Shown here in pieces: positions 1 through 14,700 of a stretch of DNA of 64,000 nucleotides. The DNA comes from Lytechinus pictus (taxonomy: Eukaryota). The stretch covers positions 24,740,001-24,804,000 of the forward strand of contig NC_087251.1 of assembly GCF_037042905.1 (NCBI RefSeq), in the 5' to 3' direction. Numbering within the stretch: position 1 is the first letter of the stretch; every line of letters begins with the position of its first letter. A model generated the notes under the pieces. The model had not been told where the DNA came from, made no database searches, and was given only the letters and a program-made list of their open reading frames with translations. A program made the position numbers and the translations under genes.

Positions 1-884
1 GTTTAATTGTAGCCTGAATTGATTTATCTTTTGGCAACATCAACATTTCTCTTTCATTGGCTATCATTTCCCAAACAAACAATCAATCAAACGAACAAAC
101 AAAACAAAACCCTATAAACAACAACAAAAGCTTGTGATCAGATAGCAGAAAGAGCCGAGTGCTTTCCTGTAAGATTTGGTACAGATTTAAAAAGAAAAAA
201 AAATTGTCATACATTATTTATTCTTTATTCATTCCTTGATTTGATGGGGGGGGGGGGCAACCGACTGCACCCTATCCCCTGATTCTATAACAAAATTAAG
301 AAATTACCCTAATGACCTCAGTGAACAAGGAAGATTTCAGTGTTTCACTGTAGAGGTCAATAAAAAAAGTAGTTTTTTATTTATTTATCTGAGTTGTAAA
401 TAAAGGAGTGGTTATCAGAATGGAGCCCGGAATGGAGAAACATGCACTGTAGAAAATGAGCATCCAGCAGTTCTTCCCTACTTTCAGAAAATAAGAAAGT
501 AAATAGCCGTAAAAAAGGACATACTGAAGCTTTGATTTCGACATGCACAAATCGGAGTAAAATCCGGGAGTAAAATCGCGTGAATGACTAACAAAGTTAT
601 AAAATCGAATCGAAAGAGCCATTGGACGCTAATGAATAGCTAGCACCAATGATTTTAGCAATTTTTTCGACGATTTTGCTGTACCAATATAGTGCTCTTT
701 CCTTTGAAAGAGCTATGTCATTGCATTAGCATGATGATTTGGCTTGGAAGAAGAAGCCACGGAATGTAAAAATCTGAAGAAAAAAATCAATTTCTGATCA
801 CTTGCATCCTTGACATAATTATTAGTAGGGAAGAATCGACGTCATCGCTCATATGACCCCCATCCATGGTAGTACGGTACTACT

Positions 885-1042
885 CAGGGGCCGCGGCCCG
901 GTTTTCAAATATTTGTGGGGGGCTGACCATGTAAAAAATCACAATCATATGGTCATTAGTACGATTTTGTACACAGTTTTGGAAAAAAGTGGGGGGGGGG
1001 GGCTGAAGGCCCCCCCCCCCTCCCCCGCTTCCGCGGCCCCTG
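885..1042. mobile_element. Small hAT-like MITE
   Basis: TIR CAGGGGCCGCGG / CCGCGGCCCCTG; no clear TSD. Confidence 0.55.
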
Positions 1043-1090
1043 CCTATTGCAGGTAGGATGCAAAGCTCACCATCAATTGGTGGTAGAGCT

Positions 1091-1101
1091 GGGGAATCCC
1101 C
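1091..1101. promoter_or_regulatory. Candidate NF-kB site upstream of the TIR-TIR-DD gene
   Basis: GGGGAATCCCC fits GGGRNWYYCC, about 460 bp before the proposed ATG. Motif match only. Confidence 0.4.
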
Positions 1102-1561
1102 CTGTCATTATCCGAATATATGTTGTAAAAAATACCTTAAAATATTTTTGATAATACATCTGGAACAAAATTTAGATACAAAATAATGATTTTTAATGAT
1201 AATAGAATATTGAAAATAGAATTTACTACATATGTATTTTCATTAATGATTAAAAATACACAAAAAACTCATTATTTGCGAAAAAATTGGCAAAAAATAA
1301 TGATGTCACAGGATATCAGGCAGGAGCGATGCGATGTTGTTAGCTGTTCGCATACAAAAATCATTCCGATCATTCTTGCTAGCTTAGACTCCGAGAGAAG
1401 CATTTACTTACACTTTTATATTGTATGTAATTTGTGTTTCAGGGTTCGATTTCCTATAATGTGAATCAAGGACTTATCGACTGAGTAACTGAGAGCATTT
1501 ATGACATATTAATTTTCATTCAGCTGCATGCAACTTGCAACGGCTACGCTACGGTGCATCG

Positions 1562-2731
1562 ATGATGGCGACCAGCAACAGCAACATTTCGAGAGGTGAG
1601 TGAGTGTGCTGCTGCATGCTGTCTGCAGTCTGACGTGACTGAGCTGAGCTGCTTTGTTGTATTCTCCTGTATCCAGTTGTTGTGTACCCCTATCTGGAGT
1701 CTGGACAATCGCTTTCAAACAAAATTTGCACTCAAGTGTTTCTACAACTATAAAAGAACAGTGTTGTTAGGAAATATTTAGACTTTTTATAAAAAGGTTA
1801 CATAAGTCATAACTTCATAAGGCCGAAGCCAACCTGGCCTAAGGGCAAGGCTAAGCTTAGTCTTGAGGACGCAATGATGATGACTTTTAAAATCCTGTCA
1901 TATACTTCTTCATCATTGACGTCTTGAACAGGCCTTCATAGACATGCAAGAGAACGAAGTAAACAAAGATGGATTTCCTTAGGAAATCCATCTTTTCATA
2001 ACAGAATCGCGTGAAATACGTTTATTTTATTAATTTCCACTCATGGGATCAATGCATCTCGCGTGCGAAGGATTCATATGCACATGGTGCACGCGAATTT
2101 TTCACACCCTTTTTACTAAAATGACTATGCCATTGCTTTTAAAATAATGTTTCTAATTGTGCTATGACACTTACCGAACCATATGGATCGTTTCTCTTCT
2201 TCTCTTTGGTGTGTTTTTAAGAAAAAAAAAGCATTTTCTCGTGATCTTCACGTAGATACCGCAGGGTAATCGTGGTTGTAAACTTTTGCTTAAAGAGGGC
2301 GCGCGATGTTATTCACAAGATGTTTGTTTACGGTTCTGCAGCTTGTACTGCTAGCTGCATTTTAGACGCTCAGCATTATTTTCCTCTTTCTGTTTTTTTT
2401 TTTTGCTGTCAAGCGGTATTTTCTATTGTAGCGCCATCAGCGATGATGAAATGTAAAGAGTCGCCTTGAAATGAAGAAAAATTATGTCACATTAATTCGT
2501 TAGTTTGTTTCCTATTTTTTTGCACTTTTTTCTTCTTCATCTATGATCAAAGGTGAATACCTTTTTTTTATATCTGTTCTAAAAGCTGGACATTTTAAAT
2601 ATTTTGTTCAAGTAAATAAATCAACAGGATAGTAATCAAAATGCGATAGAGCTGCCCGAGCTGAAAATTCTGATACAAGGACTTGAAAATAAAACATTCT
2701 GAGCACTTTTTATAACCATGATGAGGAGACC

Positions 2732-2776
<45 letters not shown>

Positions 2777-5700
2777 ATGTATGTATATGAAATAAGCTAA
2801 CACGAAAAAAAGACGTTTTGGGGACTGTTAAATAAGAATTCATGAGTGGGATAGGTAACTATCTATTCTATCCTTGTTCGTTTTCTATTATTATTTGTGT
2901 GTTGTGTTTATTTTTCTTGAAGCACCAAAAGGTGGACATGTCCGCTAAGATATATTAACGAAGTCACCATTATTATCACAAGCTAACGGATCAAAATGCG
3001 AGCGTGAAACGTGAGCTTCTTTTTTTCTTAATTCAGTCTTAACGATACTTTTTCATCATATTTTAAAGGTGAATCTCATGATTCAAAGTGATAAATGCTT
3101 GTCGCACGGGCAGAAATAGCGGGACCAATAGTTATTTTCAATATTCCGAACTGCATTCTGGACGTTGTATAAGCGCCTTTGTATAACAATTAAAAGGGTA
3201 GGCCTATTTACCTTACAAATTATGCAAGCGCTTGGACATTTAAACCTCAACAAATGGACATTTTTAAAATATGAACAACATCATAAATGTCACTTACAAA
3301 AATGATGCCAGCGCGAAGCTCGCGCTTAGAGTTTTTGATATTGATGACAGGACTGTATCTAAATGAAAAATAATGCGAGGGCATTTGCGCTTAAGATTTA
3401 AATTTGGGATTTGAAAAGTCCGACAGATTACCTATACTTTTAAAAGAGGAATGACCTCCAGAATTCAAGCGCGAAGCGCCAGTAGATTTATGTTGAAGTT
3501 TAGACCTAGAACAGGGACGTTGAACCTTTATAATCATGAAAAAGATGGTATTTTTATAAATAAAACATGGGAGTCTAATTTTGTTTTAGTGTTAATATTC
3601 AGATCTTCAAACTTGACATTTTCCTATCCCCTTCATCATCCCCTCTCCTTCTCCCTTTCCCCATTTTCGTTCTCCCTTCTTTTCTTCTCTCCCTTTCCCT
3701 TCCCTTTTTCGCTTTTCCTTTCCCTTCTTTTATTTCCTTTCTCCCTCCCCTACTCTTTTCTCGCTCTTTCCATTTTTCTTTCCCTCTCCCTTCCCCTCTT
3801 CCTTTCTTTTGTTTTCTTTCTATTTTATGGTCTCCTTTTCCCTCTCTCTCCTTTACCTTTCCCCCTCCCCTGATCTGTCTTTCATTGTCTCTCCTTTCCT
3901 TTACCGCCCCCTCCATTCCCTTTCTCGCTTTTTCCTTTCCCTTCTTTTCTTTCCTTTCTCCCTCCCCTACGACTTGAATCGAGAATGTTCGATAGGAAAA
4001 TTTCGCATTCCGATTGTTGTTTGCGTAATTTCCACCGCAGTATGAGGATGACCAAGGACGGATCGAACGAAGTATCCTGGTTGAGATTTGGAGGTAAGCG
4101 ATAAAACACCTTAATAAATAATTTATAATTCCTTTTTCAAATAATACGATCAAGATTAACATAGTGGACAAATATTGAAAGGCTTGGCGTAGTTTAGTCC
4201 CTCACATTCGTGTGATGAATGAAAACGTCAAAATGCACTATGAAATCACATGTGTTGTGCGAGGTTAGTAATACTAACCTCGCATGTTGTGTGAGTGATT
4301 AATTTCTACACCTTCCTACGCCTAATGCTTAGGAAGGTTTTAAAAAATGTTAGATAAAAATGTAAAAAAATAAAGGTTTCTTACCTAACTAATGCCGCGT
4401 AGACCCCTCGATCCACATGTAAACAACAGAAATACAATAGCGTCGACCCTTGAACCGCTTATGTATGACGTACTTCCGGCTAGCAATGCCGTCTTGAGGA
4501 ACAATTTATAGATAAAAATTATCATTTCACAAATACTAAAATTTATGACGTAATTATAAATAATTTTTAGTATTATACTAATTATTTATAATTACGTAAT
4601 AAATTATAGTATTTGTGAAATAATAATTTTTATCTATAAATTGTTCTTCAAGACGGCATTGCTAGCCGGAAGTACGTCAAACATAAGCGGTTCAAGGGTC
4701 GACGCTATTGTATTTCCGTTGTTTACATGTGGATCGAGGGGTCTACGCGGCATCAGTTAGGTAAAAAACCTTTATTTTTTTACATTTTTATCTAACATTT
4801 TTTTAAACCTTCCTACGCATTAGGCGTAGGAAGGTGTAGAAATTAATAAAATAAACGTATTTCATGCGATTCTGTTATGAAAAGATGGATTTCCCTAGCA
4901 AATCCATCTTTGTTTACTTCGTACTCTTACATGTCTATGAAGGCCTGTTCAAGACGTCAATGATGAAGAAGTATATGACAGGATTTTAAAAGTCATCATC
5001 ATTGCGTCCTCAAGACTAGCCTAAGCTAAGCTAAGGTTCAGTTCTGGACGCAGGATCTTCTTCTGTTCCTCTATGTCTAGCTCCTGGTGATAAACAGTGA
5101 CGTCTGAAGAATTGGCGCGGTCCGGGGGAGGAACCTTATAATCAAATTTAAATTCTGCATTACGCAGAGATCAAATATTGATGACGATTTCAATTTTTCA
5201 TAGTTTTTGTTTTAGAGAAAGGCAGGATAGGCCTTAATATTAAGTGTCTGGACACCCGATCCCAATCCGGGGGGGGGGGGGGGGCACTCAAATTATATTT
5301 TGATGGGGGTGTGCCTCACAAAACCCTGAAATGGGGGTCTACCGGTAACTCTAATTAAGGAACTGACTACAAGTAAGGGTGAAGGGTCCTGGGAACTAAA
5401 AATATACCGGGTGGTGTGATAAACGGGGTCTCGAACGGTATCTCACGGTACACGATTGTAGCTCTAGCGCTGTGCATCTGGGTGCCAGCCATTCAAGCGC
5501 CATGGTATAGATAGAGGGAATAAGATGCTGTGCGCATGTGTGCAGCTATACCTTTGTGATGGACAATTTAGGCAGGGCTGGGGAACTGAGATGTTTTGAA
5601 ACATACCGGGGTCTTGTGAGAGGGCTGGACAGCTAATCTGAAAGGAAATTTTGTCATTTGGAGTATGAGGTCTGAAAAAGGGTGTCATCAAAGCGGCACA

Positions 5701-8700
5701 TCCCCTTACCACCAATGTATACGAGTGCCCGCCCACGGGCCCCCATCTTAGGCCTAGATCAAAAGCTTCAGTGTCTGTTTCGTCGGTTGTTCCGCTGGAC
5801 TATGTCTTGCCTCACTTGGAGATAAAAGCAAAAGAAACTGAAAAAGGTTTATTTAATAAACTCCTTCAATAAGTTCAAAGTTATGCGGATTGTTAGTTAT
5901 AAAAAGCTAGCAGGAACTGATCTAGCCGGATTATTGTGCAAAAAATATAGCCCCTAAAATAGTATGTGTCTAATCCGGCTGGATCCGCGCCTGGTTAGCT
6001 AGGCCCTAGTATGAAGGGGGGGCCCCATGACTGCGCACCTAAAAGTTAAGATTTAATTGTCGCGTTGTGGTCCCCTTGAGCCTCTAGAAAACAACCATGC
6101 CTCTTGGACTGGGCATGGGTGACACAGCATGTAAAGGAAGAATTCCCGGGGGTGGGGGGGGGGGGGGGGAGGGCAATCAACTAGACTATGGTATATTGCT
6201 GTGCACATGCATGACCACTGAAGTGAGACCAATAAAATTTTCATAGCAGTTAGATAATTAAATGAGCTTTGTTGTTTTGTATATTTTATTGAGAATGATA
6301 ATATTGTATTAGTTTTTTACACTATTAGATTCCGTAGTGACATCCTTGGGGCTACTCCTCCATATACCTAAACTGCCATTTTCTCAAAAATTTGAAAGTG
6401 GATTTGTTTCATACATGTACTCCCTTCTCTATAAAAAAGATGATCAAACTAGAAGTCAAAAAGAACCCCTCTGCTTGATGATGATAATGAAATATATTAA
6501 AGGAATTAACATCTTTTCTACATTGTCAACTTGTCTTTTCTCTACATTTAGTGTGTCTTATTCATGCGGAGAAGAAAATAAATGATTCCATCCGTGCTGT
6601 AATAAGCGGAGTAGAAGATGAGTTGAAATTGGAAGACCAAGTATCCTACAAACGTCGCTACAAAGAGAGTAAGTTGCAATCATACTACAAGAAGATGAAA
6701 TAAGAAGTACTTTATGCCTTACACTGCAGAGACTCTTTATGTTTTACCTGATACCATATGAGAAGTGCTATAAAAATCATCCCAAAAATTGCCAACTTAA
6801 CCTCACCAACAATTTATTTGATAGAGAATAAAAATCAGACAAGCCTAACACTTACCTAATACTTGATTGAAACTGGATACAAAATTAAATTTAAAAAATC
6901 ACGACTATGAAGTTTCATTAATTTTCACAAACTTTTATATGCATAATATGCATAACATACTAGGCAATGGATAACTTTACATTACATTTTGAATGTTAAT
7001 ATTTCATTTTTTTAATGTAAGGTAAAACTTTATTGACTTCTCATTGAGCTTGTTGAATCACCATTATTGTAAGTTTTGATTCAATCAAGAGTTAAATATT
7101 CATAGCAACTTGAAATAAGTTGTCTGTAAACAAGTTCATAAATTGTAGGTATTGATAAAATGTATGTACATTCAATTTTGCCACAGTATGCAGTTTCTTC
7201 ACTTTATGATAGTACATCATGTCTGAAAAAAAAACCATAAAACTTCTTGCAATGTCCTGCAACTATCCAAGTATTTAATGTGATAATCAGAGCTATAATT
7301 CAATTACTGTAGATATTTTCCAATTTATCATTAAATGTGTTGATTTTTCATTGTGCTTCATGTAGATGTTGGGCTTCTTGCAAAGTTTTTATCATTCAAA
7401 GCTATGGTAAAATTTAAATCATATTGATCTATCATTTTAACATTCCAATCTTACAAAATTACAGACCATAATTTTCCTTGTTTAAGAAATTTTGAATGTT
7501 GCAGTTAATCTAATAGTCTGTTCCTCAAGTTATCTTCAATTTTTTCTTACCAAAGACCCTACAAACATTTAGATTATCTAGCTACATAATATGTGCAGAT
7601 TATGATTTGTATACGTACCTGATTGTTTTCATAACATTCCATACTCGAGAAGTAAATTTATTTTTTTTAAAGAGAGCTAAATAAAAATAATAGTGATAAT
7701 GATGATAATAATGATAATAATAACAATAACAACAACAATAATAATCATGATATTGATGATAGTATATATACCCAGGGGAGCCACTTCAGTATACAAACGT
7801 ATAAAACATGTGACATGTTGATTTAAACTTTCACCATGATGTTTCAATAAATTTAATGCATAATGTGCTTTATAGTATTCTTTCATGTTATATGAAGATG
7901 AATCAACAATTTGAATGTATATACCAACATGTTATTCAGTGAAACACAATTTCTTTCTTTCATAAGGAGATAATGTTGCATCCGAGATTGTAGAGATGAT
8001 GAGAAAGCTTGATGATGATGATCTCCATTGTAAGGCAATCATTTTCCTATCATCACGTCTCTGTGAAGTCATGAAAAATAACAAAGACATTTCCACAGCA
8101 TTCCAAGGTAAGTGTTTGTAATTTATAATTTTTTTTAATGATCGTGGTATTACATGTATGCTCAGAAGCATATAAACATCAGTGGCGACCGCACAGAAGC
8201 GTTGTTAGCGTAACAGAACGCTAACATTAGGGCCAGTCACACCTTTCACGGATGACCACCGCCTAGACGCATTGTTTTCACTAAAAGTAGGCCTACCGGT
8301 ATCGATAAACTCACAGAAGCTTAGCCGAATTCCTAATAATCTAACAATAAAAGGCTTAGCAGAAGCTAACAGTGGCGCTAATGTTAATACAAATCACTAA
8401 CAGTGCCAAGGGCGCCAATAGTGACGATATTAGTGAATAATTTCTCTCTTTAAAACTTGTCTCCCTTTCTTATACCAAGTAATTTAAAATATACTTGACC
8501 GAATTAAAGGGGTATTCTGGGCCCAACAATATATGAATAAATTGAGTAAAATTAGATGAGCAAATCGCTGAAAATTTCAACAAAATCTGAAGAAAAAAAA
8601 ACAAAATTCTTGAATATTAAAAATTAAACTCTGTATTTTGCAACTGATATTACTGAGCAGCATGTGGCCATGAATATGCAATAAATGGAAAGATAATGCC

Positions 8701-11700
8701 ATATCCTCTAGCTCTTTCCCCTTTTTCTGATTTTATTGAAATGAACTCGTAATTGTCTCAAATGTGTGTATGTCGCCCGAGTAACAAAATTATGATCTTT
8801 GAAGCAATATTCTGTGTGGACAAAATTTAAATAAACCTAATTTTGAATGATACAACAGACCCTCATTGCATATTCCTGAAGACATGAATATAAATTTCAC
8901 CGAAATAGGGCCTAATGCAAAATTTTAAGATACCATAATTATTTGTATTCATTTCCAATTTTTATCAATTTGTCAGTGTTTTGTTTGTCTCACTTTACTG
9001 TTCAAACCGTATTATTTTCTTCAGCCTGGAGTACCCCTTTAGGAATAGGTATATAGCGGGGGATGTTGATTAGTGCCAAGATATATGATCCTTTTCAAAG
9101 ATTTTTTTCTTCCAAGATATATCATTTATTTAGGTGTTTGAAGACATTTTTATGAATAGACCCTACATTAGAAAGAAGAACAATAGTTGATGAAATTTAT
9201 CGCATGATAACCATCATTGGCAAATACTATATCATGAGCATGATGAGTGAAGTCTGTGAAGAGCATTTTCAAACAAAAGAAACTGATGAAAAGTGGGATC
9301 GCATTTTTTTTTGTACAGAATCTCCATCGTAATATCATGATAGGCTAATCTTTTTTATCTTTTTGAAGCTTATTCGATATTTTAAAAATTAAATTAGCAA
9401 ATATATATTTACTACCTGCTGCCATTTCATGTTTAAAATGTAATAATTCAATTTTGTAGGCCTATAATATGATAATGAATTACATTCCTTTACCCTTTCC
9501 TAGACAAAATTTTAAACTTGTAGGATGTGCAAATAATCATAACTAAATCCAAGTTAAATCTAGATCACTATGCACAAATTATAGATTTTGCAACAACTTT
9601 CTGTGCGGTAATTCTACCCATGTTGTTAGGAGCTGATTTGTTAATGGATAGTATACAGATTGTGATGTCAAGCGTTGATCTCAGATGTAAATAATGCATT
9701 ATAGCCATCGCGGCGAGATTACCGGTTGTAACAGGGTCCTTTGTTAGCGCGGTGTTAGTGAAATGTTACGCTAACAGCGTAAAGTACGGGGTCTTGGGAA
9801 CTAAATATTTTCCGAGCGGTGTGAAAAACGGGGTCTAGGTAACAGGATCGCGGTAGGTACGGTGCACGCTAGCGCTGTGCATGCGCCAGCCTTGCATGGA
9901 GCGGCTACTAGTTATATGGAGGGAGTTGAGAAGCCGTGCGTACATTTCTTGCATGTAGCGCCCGCGCTTGTTAATTTTGGCAGGGCTGGGGAACTGAGAT
10001 GTCTCGTAATGGGGGCCTTGTGAACGGGGCTGGACGGCTGCTGAACTGAACTTTTGTCATTCTGAGTATCTAGAGAACTGAAAACTAGGTCTGAAAAAGG
10101 AGGGTCATCAAAGCGGCACGTCCCCGTACCACCAATATATGTGAGTGCCCCCCCCCCCCTCGGGAGCTAGTTACTACCAGCAGGCTTAAATTTCTGTAGA
10201 GGGCAATTTACATGTACTGTTTATATGTGCTCCTAACTGGTCTTGGGTTGCTTTCAAACTTGTTTGAGATCAGTTTCCTTAAAATGATCTCAGGTAAGTT
10301 TTATACTCTTATATCAGCATTTTTGCCTCTGAGAACAAGTTCAGTTCTAAAATAATTGTCAAACACTTGGCATTATGTTCATACAGGTTGTCAAGCTTCC
10401 ACAGGTTTTATTGATGTACATGTATACATTATAGCTCTTACCGGTATTTCCTGTCATGAAGCACAAGATCAGAGGTCAATCTTTGACATGGGTTCTTAAA
10501 ATGCTTTCATGGTATACTATACATGTATATTTTACCATGTGTGTATGCAATAATTGCAAAAGATGATTAAGAAATTATTTACATTGAATTCACATTTTGG
10601 AAACATTAATATGTCTGTATCAATTTAATAATAAATGACTTGCTAAATCTGAGAAGAGCTGTGGTTTCAGAACGTTTTCATACAGTTGGAAATGGATGGG
10701 ATTAATGGCCTTATGGTGGGTTCCGGAAGTGTAGAGGAAGTTAACAATACAGGAAATAATTTTGCTTTAAAATTTAAATAGCATTTTTGGTCATAAGAGA
10801 AAAGCTCTCAACTAAGTAATGTACAGACTCCTATTTAAAAAAATATACAAAAGACTTTATGCATAGCAGTCTTTCAAAAATGTGGAGCAAATTGCGATGC
10901 GATACCAGGAAATTATTCCCTGCAATAATTTTCTGATACTCTACTTTACATGAATTTTTGAAGATATTCTGCAATTTCTTTGCCAGAAGTTTTTTTTTTT
11001 TTCAAAGTGGAAAAATCACATGTATTACTAGATGGGGAGGGATCAGTCATTTTGGGCTTCAATATGGTAGGGTTTAGTTCATGAACAGTAATATTAAGGA
11101 TATAGCCTCTATACCTGGTGGGTCTTTCATGAAAGTTGTCAGCACTGACTAAATTGTTAGTGCTGACAATTTCAGTGAAATCCTTGTTTTGACTGGCTGA
11201 AAGGCACTGGCTCTGACTGTTGCTATAGTAACTGTCAGAGAAAGACAACTTGTCACTGCTGACAACTTTCATGAAACAGTCCCTGGATATCCATCTGATG
11301 GCTATTTATCTGGGTATAGAGGTTTTTATTTAATGTGGTTTTTTTTCATGAACCTACCTCTTCACTATACCTGGGACCCGTTGCATAAAACTTTTGTCAT
11401 TTTTAATGTGTAATTTTCAATGGCATTATTTTTTGTTTGCCAGAGTTTTTGTTTATTCGCCAGAGCATTTTTATAGAAAATTTGTATGCAACGGGTCCCA
11501 GATAAGCCTAAAATGACAAATCTCCCATCTGGTTTATTACAAATATTTGAAATTAGAATGAGATTTCATTTAAGTTAGACTGTGGTGTAATATACATGTT
11601 GTATATTGGCTGTTATTACTCAAGCATTTCTTTTTGCTTCTAATTGTAGTTTGCCATTGAATTTTTTTCATTACTTTATCTTATGCTTATTTATTGAATT

Positions 11701-14700
11701 TATGTCTAAATTTTGTTATTGCTCCCCTGCTCTGATTTGTCGGTCACATTGAAATGTACTGTAATGCAGCGCGCGACACTGGCACTGGTCCGACAGTCCC
11801 AGACCAGTAAAAATTGCTGTCGGGCCAGTAACTTTTCAGAAATAGCCAGATATACTGGTCCGACATGACCAGTAAAAAAACATATCAAACTAATATAAAT
11901 GATATATTCTTTAGTAAATAATAAAATGGCTTTGGCACCTTAAAAAATGGTTTTCCAAAATTGATAAATGGTTCTCATGAATAATTTTGCGTGTGTGTAT
12001 GTGTTTACCGTTTATTAGTTGTTGTTTTTTTTTTTTTTTTTGGGGGGCGATAAAGCAATAAAAGACAGCAAAAAAACATGATTTCCTTTATTTTGGGGGA
12101 CCAGTAAATTTTGGTTCGGACCAGTAAAAAATTGAAAAACTGGGTATCTACTGCAATTCTACTGGTCCAACATGAATAGGTTGGACCAGTAGAAAAAAAA
12201 GGTTTAGTGTGGAGCCCTTTTTAATGTCATACTACAAATATGTTTATGTATTTTAGATTTATTTTGACTTTACCATAAATGCAGAAGCTATGCAAAAATA
12301 CATGCAGTTTTAAATTATTTATGAAACATCCTATTCCTTCTGCATCATGTTGTGAAACCAGCCTAAACTGTTTTATTAAATTTAATGGCAATGTTACCTG
12401 GCATTCCTTATCAAAACATGATGACTAATTATCTGACAGTGATCTGTGATTTCATACTTTCATGAAATAAATCGGTGACAATGTCTAAGTTGGTGGCCTG
12501 TTCATGTACAGTACATGTATTCTGAGAAATCAAAGAAAGTGGGGATTTCCACATTCATTGTGAGCTTTCCTCACCAAACTACTTTACATACATGTACATG
12601 TACATGTAGTAACTATTTAGCTACAATTACCATGGGATGGCATGATATGGTTGAGAAACTTGCAAGCTTGTGATTATGTTCATCGCTATAAAATGACTGC
12701 AGAATGTCAAAACGGGATAGCTTGAGTAGCGTTTCCATTGTACTTGAACAGCTTCGTTGAATAGATTCTTAATAGCCTGAAATAGAGTAGAGGTAGGTGA
12801 TTAAAATGATCTTCTAAAATAACAAATATGTATTGATTAAATTTGCAAGGGGTGTGAAATGAACATCTCTCTACCATTAGGGTGATTCTTCTAATGCCAT
12901 TTTTCACAGATTTTTTTTTCAATTTCATTTTCTTAAAATCAGCTTTTTTTTAAAGCAAAGCAGAGTATGATTGTGATATTTAGTCTTGATAAAGTGGATA
13001 TTATTGTGTGACTCTTTGAAATTCAAGAGGTTTCAAGATGAATGCTTAAAAGTTATGCTACACATGAATCTTATTAAAGCATGTACACATACATGTAAGC
13101 TTTATTATTTAATTCATGATTTTGTTTGCATGTCATCTGACAGAGCCGAGTGTCCCTGACCTGTATACTGAACTTGGGTTTCATTAAACTCTGGTGAAGA
13201 GTTGTAGATAGCCAATTGCGACACAAATCTCTAAGACACCGTTCTCACTACCTTCCTAAAACCAGTGTACTGGAAACTAGTTTAGTGAAAATTAGTTTAA
13301 CGTGTAGTGAGAACGGTCAAAGCGATCTTCCAAACCGGTTCAGAAAACCACCTTACGATGTAGGTTTCAAGATCGCTTTGACTCGTTAAACTGGTTTTAG
13401 CGTAAGTGTGGACACAACCGTTCTTCAGGAAGCAATCTTCGCACATTTTGAACGCGCTACTCCACACGACAGGTGTGGAATGCCTACGCTGTGGTTTCGA
13501 ATTTCGCGCGAAACGTGTGACCCCACTGAGAGCGTTTCCATAGCAACAAGATCGCTTTATGTGAAGTGATTTTGAAAACCACTTTAGTGTGGTCAACTGG
13601 GAACGCTAGCAAAGTGATCTTCCAAACTGGTTTCCAGTAAACTAGTTTTAGAAAGCGTAATGAGAATGGCCTCTTACTTTACAGGTTAAGTTTATAAGCT
13701 CATTTGACGCTCAAATATTTTTGTGAATAAAAACCATAGCAAAATATTTCCTTCACCATCCATGATAACATGACGATAAGGTACTGTAAACATATGAAAG
13801 ATACAATTTAAACAACATTTTTGACATTTTCTGTTTCCCATAATTTTAGTTAAATAGTATTCAGGATATGGTATAATGGTGGACCTCTGAGTCAGTACCC
13901 TAAAATATGAATTCATTGTCAAAGTGGTAATTCACTCAATTTGTCATAATCATAATGTACTTCCTTTCAGATCTAGTATTGAAAGACCAAGTCACACCGG
14001 GAAACGATCGTCGTTTGGCACTGTTATGGGACAAAGATTTGACCATATCAGATGCGATTTTCCAAGAAGCTTTCACCATGGCATTTGTAAATCACTTCAA
14101 ATTCAACACTTGTGGAGTAAAGTGCAGAGCAGATCCAAATGACATGAAGTTACCAAGTTTTGTGAATGCTATTGTAAAACAGTGGAAAGGTGAGCTTGTC
14201 ATGGACACTACTGTTATAATGCTTTAATATCCTCAAACTTCTCACAAATAAGTTCTACAATGCCAAAGTGATTTACACTCAGAACTCTAATATTGAACTA
14301 TGACATAACTGTAAATAAGCCTGTAGACAGAAAAGTTATGATTAATGTACTCCAATCTCATAATTTTTTTCTTCATCTTAAACACTTTCTATCAATTAAT
14401 TTATCATCCTATTCTGATATATAAAACCAGCTCCAGTGGATGTACAGTCAGAAGTTTCTTCATCAGGAGTCCCTATGAATGAGGATACTACACTTGATAT
14501 AGATTCAGGTGAGGAAAACAATGGAAAAGGTTCCCTTTTTCAACATACAATAACAAAATTTGTTTAGCAAAACAATGTTGCAGATTAGTGTTCCAGTGCT
14601 CATCAAGTAACTATGCTAGGGACAATAGTAAATGGTATTTGTAGAGTATGCTCCCACAACAATGACATGGTTTGAAGCTCCTATGTTCATTCCTGTGAAA

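Larger units (their letters stand above)
6552..14189 (+). other. TIR-like domain 1 (three exons)
   Basis: Alternating beta/alpha pattern: RVCLIHAE (betaA), CKAIIFLSSRL (betaC, recalling BANK1 CKLLIxSNSL), RRLALLW (betaD). Similarity judged from memory, not by HMM. Confidence 0.6.

Noticed and set aside
3451..4171. ORFs of 140 and 190 aa (also 57646-58695)
   Set aside because: They arise from CT/GA low-complexity tracts and show no domain signal.
5772..5846. Possible extra 75-nt phase 1-1 cassette exon (SVSSVVPLDYVLPHLEIKAKETEK)
   Set aside because: The frame is compatible, but the polypyrimidine tract and the donor (GTTTAT) are weak; it cannot be supported without transcripts.
9134..9332. 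Exon-like open stretch in intron 3 (LERRTIVDEIYRMITIIGKYY...)
   Set aside because: It needs a frameshift after the nearest acceptor, ends in a stop and has no recognisable homology.
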